Positions 18,313 through 27,980 of a DNA stretch of 64,000 nt are shown piece by piece. The DNA is from Candidatus Bipolaricaulota bacterium (GTDB lineage: Bacteria > Bipolaricaulota > Bipolaricaulia > M55B111). The DNA is taken from positions 316-64,315 of the forward strand of contig JAGXKX010000002.1 in the NCBI GenBank assembly GCA_018335015.1, in the 5' to 3' direction. Made by a program: the position numbers and the translations under genes. Position 1 is the stretch's first letter; every line of letters begins with the position of its first letter. A model generated the notes under the pieces. That model had not been told where the DNA came from and made no database searches. It saw nothing but the letters and a program-made list of their open reading frames with translations.

Positions 18313-18795
18313 ATGGCAGAGGAACGACGGGGAGACGTTGGGCACGAGTCAAAGAATCCTTACTACGAAGGCAAGAAGTACAGAGAGCCTACATACTGTC
18401 CGGGCTGCGGCCTTGTCTATCATGAAGGTCGCTGGTTGGACGAAGCAGTGCCGGAAAAACAGGAAGCGAATGAGTCTCTTTGTCCCGCCTGCCGCAGGAA
18501 AAGAGACAGGAATCCGGAAGGTTTAGTGTATCTATCCGGCAACTACTTTGAAGGACACAGGAAAGAAATTCTTCAACTGGCGAAAAATGCGGAGGAGCGG
18601 GCAAAAGAAGATAGACCCCTCCAGCGCATAATGTGGACCGAGAAGGAATCGGATTGTTTAAAGCTTGCGACTACGAACGAACATCTGGCGAGAAGAATAG
18701 GGAAAGCAATTGCCAGGGCCCACAGTGGAGAACTGGACATCAACTCAGGGGATAACGAACGTCTAGTTAGAGTATACTGGAAACGGGAGGAATAA
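18313..18795 (+). CDS. zinc-ribbon protein (CxxC...CxxC), possibly NMD3-related/BCAM0308-like
   Basis: CPGCGLVYHEGRW ... CPACRRKRD motifs. ATG at 18313 has GAGGTG 6 nt upstream, and the track start GTG 18304 lies inside that RBS. The family name is from memory only. Confidence 0.55.
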   Translation: MAEERRGDVGHESKNPYYEGKKYREPTYCPGCGLVYHEGRWLDEAVPEKQEANESLCPACRRKRDRNPEGLVYLSGNYFEGHRKEILQLAKNAEERAKEDRPLQRIMWTEKESDCLKLATTNEHLARRIGKAIARAHSGELDINSGDNERLVRVYWKREE

Positions 18796-18801
18796 CGATA
18801 A

Positions 18802-19446
18802 ATGTCAGTCAAATCTAATATTGATCCGAGAAATCAGAAGCTCGACGCTTTTTTAAACGACCTGGCTTCCAGCAAACCCGCACCCGGCGGAGGTTCGGCC
18901 GCGGCCGTTGCCGGCGCTCTGGGGGCAGCTCTTTCTTCAATGGTGGCAAATTTGACCCTGGGTAAGGAAAAGTATAAAGAGGTAGAAGGAGCCTTCGAGA
19001 CCATCCTGGAGAAGGCAGAAAAACTGAGAAACGAGTTTTTACGGGCAATAGGGGAGGACATAGAGGCGTACAACGAGGTCATGGATGCTTATGGTTTGCC
19101 GAAAAACACGGAAGAAGAAAAGGAACGGAGAAGAGAGGCTATACAGTCAGCTCTGAAAGGCGCCACCGAACCACCGTTCAAGATGGCCGAGCTAGCTGAC
19201 GAGGTTCTGGAGCTGAGCAAAGAATGTGCTCTATCGGGAAACAGTCACGCCGTTACCGACGCGGGAGCCTCTGCCATTCTTGCCGAAGCCACCGTCCGGA
19301 CCGCTTTGCTTAATGTGGATATAAATCTATCGTCGATTTCCGACTCCAGTTTCGTAGAAGAGAAGAGACGGAAAAGGAAAGACCTGAGTCAAAAGGCGCG
19401 GAGGAGAGCGGAGGAAGTCGTCGAAATAATGGACGGGAAAATTTAA
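18802..19446 (+). CDS. cyclodeaminase/cyclohydrolase family protein (FTCD C-terminal-like)
   Basis: APGGGSAAAVAGALGAALSSMVANLT motif, characteristic of the formiminotransferase-cyclodeaminase / methenyl-THF cyclohydrolase helical domain. Confidence 0.8.
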   Translation: MSVKSNIDPRNQKLDAFLNDLASSKPAPGGGSAAAVAGALGAALSSMVANLTLGKEKYKEVEGAFETILEKAEKLRNEFLRAIGEDIEAYNEVMDAYGLPKNTEEEKERRREAIQSALKGATEPPFKMAELADEVLELSKECALSGNSHAVTDAGASAILAEATVRTALLNVDINLSSISDSSFVEEKRRKRKDLSQKARRRAEEVVEIMDGKI

Positions 19447-19463
19447 TGGAGCTTTCCAGGTAG

Positions 19464-20234
19464 ATGGAAGAAGAGATACTGGATCTGGCGAAATCGGCAG
19501 CCGAGGAAGCGGGTGAGCTCCTGGTGGAGGGGCTCGGAAAAAAGAGGATGATATCCAGCAAATCCGGGCCAACCGATCTTGTTACACAGTACGACCGGGA
19601 GTCTCAGGAACTTATTGTAGATAAAATTCAGGATTATTACCCGAATCACTCCATCCTGGCGGAAGAGGAACTCGGGGTAGAGAGAAGTTCGACCAAATGG
19701 ATCATCGATCCTCTGGACGGAACGACCAACTATATCTATAATTATCCTTTGTTTGACGTGTCTATTGGAGTAGAGGTTGAAGGGGAGATCAGGGTCGGAG
19801 TAATTTACGTGCCCCTTCTGGGCGAAACTTACGCGGCTGTAAAGGGTTCGGGTGCAACTCTTAACGGTGAACCGATTTCCGTTTCTACAACTGACGAACT
19901 TTCTTCTTCCCTGCTTTCTACAGGATTCCCCTATGACAAGGATTTGATGCCTAAGGCCAGGGAAACTTTTTCGAACCTCCTGAGGAAATCCAGGGGAATC
20001 AGGCGGGATGGAGCAGCGGGGGTAGATCTTGCTTATCTAGCCTCCGGCAAGTTCGATGGATTTTGGGAACTGGGACTATCCCCGTGGGACGTTGCAGCCG
20101 GTTCCTTAATAATTGAAGAAGCCGGTGGCTACGTGACTGATTTCTCCGGAGGAAACCACGACATTTACGAATCTCAGGGTATCGTAGCAACGAACGGGAA
20201 TTTTCACGAAGAACTGCTGAGTAAACTATCCTGA
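19464..20234 (+). CDS. inositol monophosphatase family protein (SuhB-like)
   Basis: AEEE, WIIDPLDGTTNY and WDVAAG motifs. Confidence 0.85.
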   Translation: MEEEILDLAKSAAEEAGELLVEGLGKKRMISSKSGPTDLVTQYDRESQELIVDKIQDYYPNHSILAEEELGVERSSTKWIIDPLDGTTNYIYNYPLFDVSIGVEVEGEIRVGVIYVPLLGETYAAVKGSGATLNGEPISVSTTDELSSSLLSTGFPYDKDLMPKARETFSNLLRKSRGIRRDGAAGVDLAYLASGKFDGFWELGLSPWDVAAGSLIIEEAGGYVTDFSGGNHDIYESQGIVATNGNFHEELLSKLS

Positions 20235-20375
20235 CTGTTTCCTCGGACCTTTAGTTTGATGAAGGGCCACGGCAACACAGCCTCCGGAAATTTAAACTTG
20301 AGGTTTTGGGTTAGAATCCGAGCGGGTTTTATCCAGGACGTATAACCCAGATCAATTAACGGAAGGTCGGTAAAC

Positions 20376-21671
20376 ATGAAAACCATAACGATATCGGAAG
20401 TTGAAGACTACGATGGTGAAGAAGTAACAATAAAAGGTTGGCTTTACAACAGGAGATCAAGCGGGGGTATACAGTTTATTCAGATCAGGGACGGAACGGG
20501 CATAATTCAGGGTGTGCTCAAAGAGGATTCGGTTGGTAATGAACTATTTGAGAAAACCCTTGATTTGAAACGGGAATCGTCCTTGTTGGTTAGGGGAACG
20601 GTAAAGGAGGACGAAAGGGCTCCGATCGGATACGAGCTGGAAGTTTCCGGTGTCGAGGTTCAACACTCCGTGCAGGACGATTTTCCGATCACTCCAAAAG
20701 AGCACGGGCCCGGTTTTCTCATGGATAACAGGCATCTCTGGATAAGGGCAAAAGGAGCTGCCCCGGTACTAAGAATCAGACACGAACTGCTTCAGGCTCT
20801 GAGGGATTTCTTCGACGAAAAGGGACTCGTGGCCACGGAAGGACCAATACTAACTGGCGTATCGGTCGAAGGTACAACAACGCTTTTCGAGACGGACTAC
20901 TTTGGCGAGGAGGCATATCTGACCCAGAGTTCCCAGCTTTACCTAGAAGCAACGGCAGCGGCCCTGGACGAGGTTTACTGGATAGGCCCAGTATTCAGGG
21001 CGGAAAAATCGAAGACAAGGAAACACCTTACAGAATTCTGGATGGCTGAGGCGGAGCTGAGCTGGGTCGAGCACGAAGAAAACCTCGATTTTCAGGAAGA
21101 TATGGTCCATTATGTGGTAAAGCGGGTTGCAAATGAGAGGTGGGATGAATTAACGAGACTGGACGTGGCCCCGGAGAGTTTAATTGAGATGGTAGAGAAG
21201 CCTTTCCCCAGAATTACTTACAAGGAAGCCGTGGAGATCGTGAACGAGGCGGGGGAAGAGATGGAATACGGCGAGGACTTCGGTGCGCCCGCGGAAGCCG
21301 CACTCGGAGACCATTTCAAAAAGCCGGTATTTATCGAAGCTTTTCCCCGGGAGCTTAAACCCTTTTATATGGAACCGATGCCCGGAGACGAGCGGGTATA
21401 CGCTGCAGACCTTATTGCCCCGGATGGTTACGGGGAATTGATAGGAGGCAGCCAGAGGATAGACGACCTGGATCTGCTGAAGCAGAGACTTGACGAGGAA
21501 GGGCTTCCTCACGAGCCCTACGAGTGGTACCTCGACTTAAGGAGGTACGGGTCGGTGCCCCACTCCGGTTTCGGGCTTGGCGTGGAAAGGACGATAGCCT
21601 GGATATGTGGACTTGATCACGTCCGGGAAACAATTCCATTCCCGAGGCAGATTAACAGGATATATCCTTAA
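20376..21671 (+). CDS. asnS: asparagine--tRNA ligase
   Basis: 431-aa class IIb aaRS with an N-terminal OB fold, FRAEKSKTRKHLTEFWMAEAE (AsnRS-type motif 2 region) and C-terminal GFGLGVER. Confidence 0.85.
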   Translation: MKTITISEVEDYDGEEVTIKGWLYNRRSSGGIQFIQIRDGTGIIQGVLKEDSVGNELFEKTLDLKRESSLLVRGTVKEDERAPIGYELEVSGVEVQHSVQDDFPITPKEHGPGFLMDNRHLWIRAKGAAPVLRIRHELLQALRDFFDEKGLVATEGPILTGVSVEGTTTLFETDYFGEEAYLTQSSQLYLEATAAALDEVYWIGPVFRAEKSKTRKHLTEFWMAEAELSWVEHEENLDFQEDMVHYVVKRVANERWDELTRLDVAPESLIEMVEKPFPRITYKEAVEIVNEAGEEMEYGEDFGAPAEAALGDHFKKPVFIEAFPRELKPFYMEPMPGDERVYAADLIAPDGYGELIGGSQRIDDLDLLKQRLDEEGLPHEPYEWYLDLRRYGSVPHSGFGLGVERTIAWICGLDHVRETIPFPRQINRIYP

Positions 21672-21673
21672 AC

Positions 21674-22057
21674 ATGAGCCTTAAAAGTTTTTTTAGATCT
21701 TTCAAGAACGTATTTTGGTCCGGCTCGATTAACGAAGACCTCCAGCGGAAATCCAGCTCGGCGGAAGACCACGATATATTCTTCCTGGCGAGGGACGTAG
21801 TCGATTACGAAGAGGAGTTAAAGGATTTAAAATCATGGATAAAGGATAAATTTGAAAGCCCAAGGATAAAATTAAACGATCCCGACAATATGGAACCATA
21901 CATCGAGCTGAATCTTGACGTGGAAACCGAGGAAGGAGATTTCCGCCTCGTTTATTACGAAAATTACGAACTGGTACTCAGAGGAGACAGAAAGGTGACG
22001 GAAGATCTTGAACCGGAAATTGGCCGGGAGCTTGACGTGGAATTTGAGCAAGTTTGA
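21674..22057 (+). CDS. hypothetical acidic protein (127 aa)
   Basis: ORF starts 2 nt after the asnS stop. I recognise no motif. Confidence 0.5.
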   Translation: MSLKSFFRSFKNVFWSGSINEDLQRKSSSAEDHDIFFLARDVVDYEEELKDLKSWIKDKFESPRIKLNDPDNMEPYIELNLDVETEEGDFRLVYYENYELVLRGDRKVTEDLEPEIGRELDVEFEQV

Positions 22058-22077
22058 TGCTCGTTCTCCCCTCCTAC

Positions 22078-22322
22078 CTCAGTTCATTTTAGGCTAAAGA
22101 GTAGCAATGTGTTAACATTCAGTCCCTTCGCCATTGTCAGAAGGGGACAGTAATTCATGGCCAATAATTGCGCTTTATCTTGCGGGCCTTCTGTCGCTTA
22201 CCTGGCTGCCGGTTTACCTTTACTGCTAGGTTTTGTTAGATCAGTTGCCAGATAGGCGGCAGAGAGAAATTACCAACACTAATTGAGAATTCTCAGGGCT
22301 TGCTCTGGTGATGAATCTGCTG
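22078..22322 (+). repeat. MITE-like element, copy e (longer, diverged)
   Basis: Left end CTCAGTTCATTTTAGG at 22078. Core at 22189-22267 (TTCTGTCGCTTACCTGGCTGCCGG...TTAGATCAGTTGCCAGATAGGCGGCAGAGA). Right end GGTGATGAATCTGCTG ends near 22322. Confidence 0.75.
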
Positions 22323-22478
22323 GGACTTGGTTTGTAAAAGACCGAAAAGATTACTTAACTACTTAAAAGAGTTTTTCTATAGGCCCTGTTCCTGGGGCGG
22401 GGTTATGGGTTATTGACGTATTGATAGGGAAATATATGGTTAACCGTATTGCATTTCAAAATTTTTTAGGGTGATATT

Positions 22479-24416
22479 ATGAGTGACCTAACTCCGGAGT
22501 CACTGACAGAGTTCAAATTTATCTCCAAACCGGCGCTATCTGAGGACGGAAGTAAAGTGGCCTTTCTGGTAAAAAAATCAAACGAGCAGCGAGACGATTA
22601 TAACTCGAATATATGGATCTACGACTTTGATAGTGATTCTTCTACCAGGCTTACGGCGTCCGACGAGGACGGAAGTTTCGTCTGGCGCGGGTCAGATGAT
22701 ATTCTCTTCACCTCCTCACGGAGGTCAGAGGACGAGGAACTGGAAGGTTCGACAGACTTTTATGCAATATCGGTGACGGGCGGGGAAGCTACGAAAGTTT
22801 TCTCTGTTCCCCATGAGGTGGAATCGTTCCGGTGGCAGAACGAAGAACTTATTTACAAAGCCTCGGTGGAGATTCGGGAGAAGGACGAACAAGAGGAGGG
22901 TCCCAATTGCAAGGTTCTGAATGAAATTCCTTTCTGGGCTAACGGCAAGGGTTTTACCAATAAGAAAAGACCTCATCTGTTCTCCTACTCGGATGAAAAA
23001 GACGATCCCGAGGAGTTGACTCCAGGAGCCATATCCGTCGAGGAATTTGCCATTGATCAGAATAACCTGGCTTTCGTGGGCAAGGAGTACGAAGACAAAG
23101 CCCCAATCACCAGCGAAATATACCTTCTCTCGCTGGGTGAAGGTTCGTCTCCTGAGAAGCTGACAGACGAAGGCTACCAGCTGGATTTACTGGAATTCAA
23201 AGATTCTCATAGTCTTTACGTCACATTAACTGACATGGAAAAAACCGGGCTGAACCAGGACCACAAATTATTCGAGTTCGACCTTGAGGAGAGGGAATTT
23301 TGTCCTCTCAATCCTAACTGGTCCAACTCGTTTTCTAATAGGGTCCTGACTGACGTAAGGCTCGGTTCCGGGCAGAGAAGCGCCACGGACGGGAATAATT
23401 TTTACTTCGTCTCTACGGTTGGACGAAGTTCCCATTTGTCCGTCGCGGATCCAAAAGGAGAAGTATCTAACTTTACCGGGCAGGGAGGGTCCATCGACGA
23501 TTTCGACGTCGCGAATGGGAGAGCAGTCTTTGTAAAACTAACCTCCGGCGAGCTACAGGAGCTCTACTCTCTTACGGACCGGGGTGAAGAAAAGTTACTC
23601 ACGGGGGTAAACGAACAGTCTCTGCGGCCGGAGAATTTTTCCCGTCCGGAAGAATTCACGGTCGAACGGGCTGATGCTTCTATCGACTCCTGGATAATAA
23701 AACCCCGGGATTTCGACCCGGATAAGAGCTATCCCGCAATACTGGAAGTCCACGGCGGGCCTAAAGCAGTTTACGGGGACGTTTACTTTCACGAAATGCA
23801 GCTTTTAGCGAATAACGGGTACGTCGTTATCTTTTCAAATCCAAGGGGAAGTGACGGAAAAGGCGACGAGTTTGCTGATATACGGGGAAGTTACGGTCGG
23901 GAAGATTACGCTGATCTAATGCGGGTAATGGACGTTGCTCTGGACCGTTTCTCTTTCATAGATGAAGACCGACTTGGAGTTACGGGCGGGTCTTACGGGG
24001 GATTCATGACCAACTGGATCATAGGACATACTGACAGGTTTGACGCCGCCGTTTCCTGTAGAAGTATATCGAACTGGATCTCTAAATTTAATACGACCGA
24101 TATTGGTTACTTTTTCGTCTCCGACCAGCAGGACGGTGACCCCTGGAAGGATCACGACAAGCTGTGGAATCAATCGCCGCTGAAATACGCGGATCGAGTC
24201 GATACCCCTACTCTATTTATCCACTCCCGCGAGGACTATCGATGCTGGGAAGGGGAGGGAATGCAAATGTTTACCGCCCTGAAGTACCACGGCGTACCGG
24301 CGCGGTTATGTCTGTTTGAAGGAGAGAACCACGAACTCAGTCGGGGAGGACAACCGAAAAACCGGATCAAGCGTCTCGAGGAAATGGTAAACTGGTTCGA
24401 TAGTTATCTGAAATAA
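22479..24416 (+). CDS. S9 family serine peptidase (prolyl oligopeptidase / acylaminoacyl-peptidase type)
   Basis: 645-aa ORF with an N-terminal beta-propeller-like region and a C-terminal hydrolase domain carrying the GGSYGGFMT nucleophile elbow. Confidence 0.9.
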   Translation: MSDLTPESLTEFKFISKPALSEDGSKVAFLVKKSNEQRDDYNSNIWIYDFDSDSSTRLTASDEDGSFVWRGSDDILFTSSRRSEDEELEGSTDFYAISVTGGEATKVFSVPHEVESFRWQNEELIYKASVEIREKDEQEEGPNCKVLNEIPFWANGKGFTNKKRPHLFSYSDEKDDPEELTPGAISVEEFAIDQNNLAFVGKEYEDKAPITSEIYLLSLGEGSSPEKLTDEGYQLDLLEFKDSHSLYVTLTDMEKTGLNQDHKLFEFDLEEREFCPLNPNWSNSFSNRVLTDVRLGSGQRSATDGNNFYFVSTVGRSSHLSVADPKGEVSNFTGQGGSIDDFDVANGRAVFVKLTSGELQELYSLTDRGEEKLLTGVNEQSLRPENFSRPEEFTVERADASIDSWIIKPRDFDPDKSYPAILEVHGGPKAVYGDVYFHEMQLLANNGYVVIFSNPRGSDGKGDEFADIRGSYGREDYADLMRVMDVALDRFSFIDEDRLGVTGGSYGGFMTNWIIGHTDRFDAAVSCRSISNWISKFNTTDIGYFFVSDQQDGDPWKDHDKLWNQSPLKYADRVDTPTLFIHSREDYRCWEGEGMQMFTALKYHGVPARLCLFEGENHELSRGGQPKNRIKRLEEMVNWFDSYLK

Positions 24417-24422
24417 TTCACG

Positions 24423-24625
24423 CTCAGATCTTCCACCGTCGTATGAAAGCGAAACTTAATTGTGAGTATCGATTTTATTTTTTCACTACTAGCTCTCTAC
24501 CCCTTAGCTGGCAACTGATTTAACCTTTAAAACTCAGCAGGAGTCAAAATCCGGCAGCCAGCTAAGGGGTAGAGAGCATTTATCCGAACCAGATAGCTAA
24601 ATCTGCCGTTGGTGAAAGATCTGAG
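24423..24625 (-). repeat. MITE-like element, copy f (subfamily 2, inverted orientation)
   Basis: Termini CTCAGATCTTCCACCGTCG (24423-24441) and CCGTTGGTGAAAGATCTGAG (24606-24625). The core outer stem 24492-24512 pairs perfectly (21/21) with 24557-24577. It starts 7 nt after the S9 peptidase stop. Confidence 0.9.
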
Positions 24626-24710
24626 TTATGATAATTCGGCAACCACCAATGCGTGTCGAGAGAGCCCTGGAATTGGTTCTGAAAAAATCGGCTTGATTGA
24701 GGGAGTGTTA

Positions 24711-25154
24711 TTAATCTCGGGTCAATTCGCCCTGGATTCCGTCCATTTTCTCGTCCAGGACACGACATGTAATTTCGGCTTTCGCTAGAATTTCATCGTT
24801 TTTGTCGCGTACCTCCGCTTTTGTATTTACGATTCCGTGTCTTCTCTCCGTTATTTTTGCTCTGACCGTAATCTTTTCTTCCAGAGGGACGGGCTGGAGG
24901 AATTTACACTCTAACTCGTAGCTCGGAGAGACCCGACCTGTCTCAGCTATTGCCGCCCACGCTGATGCCTCGTCGAGCAACGTCACGATTATTCCCCCGT
25001 GAGCAGTATTCTTGAATCCCTGGTAGTGATTACTTAGTTCCTTCCTGGCGACGATCCATTCTCCCTCGCGAGTAAAATCGAGTTTCAGCCCTATTGGATT
25101 GTCACCACAACCAAAGCAGCGGTTGTCTTCCCTAGACCAGTCGAAAGTAGCCAT
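24711..25154 (-). CDS. PaaI-family hotdog-fold thioesterase
   Basis: 147-aa ORF with a CFGCG motif followed by HGGIIVTLLDEA, typical of PaaI/YbgC-type thioesterases. Confidence 0.85.
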   Translation of the reverse strand: MATFDWSREDNRCFGCGDNPIGLKLDFTREGEWIVARKELSNHYQGFKNTAHGGIIVTLLDEASAWAAIAETGRVSPSYELECKFLQPVPLEEKITVRAKITERRHGIVNTKAEVRDKNDEILAKAEITCRVLDEKMDGIQGELTRD

Positions 25155-25407
25155 CGAATACCTCCTTTAGTACCTTTAGTGTGTTCCAAGTCTCAGTTTT
25201 TCTCCAATTCGGGCGCTCGAACTCTGCCGGCTGTCGCTATTCAGTTTCGGTTAAAATAAGTATGAATCCCTGACGTTCTGTTGGACGTATCCTGTGACCA
25301 AGCGGGGGGTCCGTCCTGTTCGGTTCACTCTAAATCGTCTCTGAAGCCCCCGCCTTTAAAGTATTAGTTAATTAGGTGAATTTCAGGATTGGAGGAACTC
25401 ATTTGGA

Positions 25408-25608
25408 ATCAGTTCTTCTCACCACTATCCGGAGCGAGTTTTAGGTCATAAGAAAGAATTATATTGTTTAGTTCATGCCTCCTGCCCCTTATCTGGCTGC
25501 CGGATTTTGTCTACTGGTAGGATTTTAAGGTTAAATCAGTTGCCAGATAAAGGGCAGGAGGCAAATGAGCCCAAGTGAACAATGTACGACAATGGTGAAA
25601 GAACTGAT
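25408..25608 (+). repeat. MITE-like element, copy g (subfamily 1)
   Basis: Termini ATCAGTTCTTCTCACCAC and ATGGTGAAAGAACTGAT. The core outer stem 25477-25497 pairs with 25542-25562 (20/21). TATATT box at 25460-25465. Confidence 0.9.
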
Positions 25609-25614
25609 TCCGAG

Positions 25615-25646
25615 ATAAAAAGGGGGCCCGGTAAGATCCGGGCCCC
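25615..25646 (-). terminator. Rho-independent terminator of hppA
   Basis: On the minus strand, GGGGCCCGG-ATCTTA-CCGGGCCCC is followed by CTTTTTAT. It lies 28 nt after the hppA stop. Confidence 0.75.
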
Positions 25647-25673
25647 GCAATGGACTCAAGTTTAAGTGCTTGG

Positions 25674-27884
25674 TTAGAAAATTATCGGGTAAACGGGAAA
25701 CAACGAGGCAAAAAGTATAGAAACGACCGACATCAACTTCGCCAGAATGTCCAGCGAAGGACCGACGGTATCTTTGAGAGGGTCCCCCACCGTGTCACCG
25801 ACTACGCTAGCGTCGTGTGCTTCCGAATTTTTGCCACCGAAGTTACCTTCCTCAATAAATTTCTTTGCGTTATCCAGAGCACCACCAGTGTTGGCACAAT
25901 AAATTGCGAGCTGGAGACAGGATAATAAAGCACCTATTAGGAAACCCGCAAGGGCCAGCCTCCCGAGTACGAGACCGACGATTATAGGCATGAATACCGC
26001 CAGTAAAGACGGTACGACCATCCTGCGGAGTCCACCGGCGGACGTAATTGATATACACTTGTTATAGTCCGGTTTGGTTTCTCCCTTGAGAATTCCGGGC
26101 ATTTCCTCGAACTGACGTCTTACTTCCCGAACCATTGTTCCTGCCGTATCGCTTACCCCCCTTATCAACAGGGAAGAGAATACGTAGGGTATCATGGCGC
26201 CCAGGAATAAGGCAGCCACCACGGATCCACCTATGCCCGGTTCCGATGAAAGTATCTCGATTGTCGGTACCTTCACGGCTTCTGCAGTCCCGATAGCTGA
26301 CCACATGTAAGCCGCGATCAATGCCAGGGCGGAAAACGCCGCGGATCCAATTGCAAAGCCCTTTCCTATTGCCGCTGTTGTATTACCGATTGAGTCCAGT
26401 TTGTCCGTCCTTTCCCTCACGCTTTCGTCCAGTCCGGCTCCTTCGGCAATCCCCCCTGCATTATCCGCTATCGGTCCGTAGGTATCTACGGATACGGTTA
26501 TCGCCACAAATGAGAGCATGCCGAGGGCTCCGTATGCCACACCCATCAACCCTGCGAGCCAGTAAGTTATCATCACAGCCAGCGCTATGGCAAGTGCTGG
26601 AATGAAAGTGCTGAGCATACCGACCGCCATTCCGGAAGTAATTCCTACAGCCGTTCCCGAGTCGTTCATTTCGGCTATTCGCTGGACCGGGTTGTACTCG
26701 GCCGACGTGTAATACTCCGAAATATACCCGATAACTATACCCACCAGTGCTCCGGTTAGGACCGCCCAGAACGGAGCGAAATTCATCGGAGATATCCAGG
26801 TAATGACGAATGCGAATACAGCCGTCAACAGAGCCGCGATCCTAGTTCCATTCATCAGGGTCGTCTGCATACCTTCTTCTCTATTACTCATCCTGATGTA
26901 CTGAACGCCAATTATACTGGAGAATATTCCCGCGGCGACAATTAGCATCGGAGCGAAGATCGACCACCAGTACTGCGACGTACTTAGACCGACACTTAGT
27001 CCGAAGTTTCCCAGCATTCTTTGAAGAGACGGAGCTACCGTGCCTTCGACTCCCTGTCCTACGAATACGTAGAGCATGATAATTATGACGGAAATTATCG
27101 ATCCGATGAACGATTCAAGCAGGTCAGCTCCCAGGCCTCCTACATCACCGACGTTATCACCGACGTTATCGGCTACAGAGGCGGGATTACGAGGGTCGTC
27201 TTCGGGCAATCCCTGTTCTACTTTACCGACCAGGTCGGCTCCCATGTCGGCTGCTTTTGTGTAAATTCCTCCTCCAACACGGTCGAATAGTGCAACGAGA
27301 GATGCCCCCATCGAGTAAGCACTGACGATGAGCGCTCCCTTGATCAGGTTTACGTCCCGTCCGAGTAGCTGGCTTATTACTGGTATAGATTTAGTCTGGA
27401 TCTGTAACGTCGCGGGATTAAAAGATCCTCTGAAAATGGTAATAACCAGTACCAGTCCTCCCAGGGCCAAACCGGCTACTGCCAGGCCCATTACTGCTCC
27501 ACCTGAAATAGCTATGTTAAGCGCTTTCTGGAAGTTGTTCCTTGCCGCGTTAGTCGTTCTCCCGTTGGATAGAGTAGCCGAATTCATTCCTATAAAGGCC
27601 GCCGTCATTGATAGGACGGCGCCAATGATGAACGCGATAGCCACTTCCCAGTAGAAAAGACCCCACAAAAGACCGGCGATCGCTAACATCACCACGGCAA
27701 AGATCCTGACTTCCTCGCTCATGAAGGTCCAGGCACCTTCGCGGATATACCCCTGAAGGTCCTTAATTTCTTCGGTACCCTGATCCTGCTTGGTGACGTA
27801 TCGAACCAGATACCAGGCCAGGACCAGACCCAGAGCAGCAACAATCCCGGGCACCAGACTCAAGTCGTAAGTCGATAGCATCAA
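25674..27884 (-). CDS. hppA: membrane-integral ion-translocating pyrophosphatase (K+-dependent type)
   Basis: 736-aa polytopic ORF with GGIYTKAADMGADLVGK, DNVGDNVGD and GNTTAAIGKGFAIGSAA motifs. Confidence 0.95.
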   Translation of the reverse strand: MMLSTYDLSLVPGIVAALGLVLAWYLVRYVTKQDQGTEEIKDLQGYIREGAWTFMSEEVRIFAVVMLAIAGLLWGLFYWEVAIAFIIGAVLSMTAAFIGMNSATLSNGRTTNAARNNFQKALNIAISGGAVMGLAVAGLALGGLVLVITIFRGSFNPATLQIQTKSIPVISQLLGRDVNLIKGALIVSAYSMGASLVALFDRVGGGIYTKAADMGADLVGKVEQGLPEDDPRNPASVADNVGDNVGDVGGLGADLLESFIGSIISVIIIMLYVFVGQGVEGTVAPSLQRMLGNFGLSVGLSTSQYWWSIFAPMLIVAAGIFSSIIGVQYIRMSNREEGMQTTLMNGTRIAALLTAVFAFVITWISPMNFAPFWAVLTGALVGIVIGYISEYYTSAEYNPVQRIAEMNDSGTAVGITSGMAVGMLSTFIPALAIALAVMITYWLAGLMGVAYGALGMLSFVAITVSVDTYGPIADNAGGIAEGAGLDESVRERTDKLDSIGNTTAAIGKGFAIGSAAFSALALIAAYMWSAIGTAEAVKVPTIEILSSEPGIGGSVVAALFLGAMIPYVFSSLLIRGVSDTAGTMVREVRRQFEEMPGILKGETKPDYNKCISITSAGGLRRMVVPSLLAVFMPIIVGLVLGRLALAGFLIGALLSCLQLAIYCANTGGALDNAKKFIEEGNFGGKNSEAHDASVVGDTVGDPLKDTVGPSLDILAKLMSVVSILFASLFPVYPIIF

Positions 27885-27980
27885 TAAATCTCCTCCGTTT
27901 TAATTAAATTGATTTTGTGCTTGAAAATTTTACCGGTAAATTTTTTTGTGCTGGTTGTTTATTTCGTTGCTTTGGTTCCT

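Noticed and set aside
20235-20375. T-box or other riboswitch leaders upstream of the aaRS genes asnS, gltX (29418-29588), metG (56113-56239) and glyQ, and upstream of ribF and folB
   Set aside because: I could find no T-box consensus, specifier-loop or antiterminator arrangement, or other recognisable riboswitch core. The gltX leader shows only a promoter-like TTGCAC-16-TATAAT.
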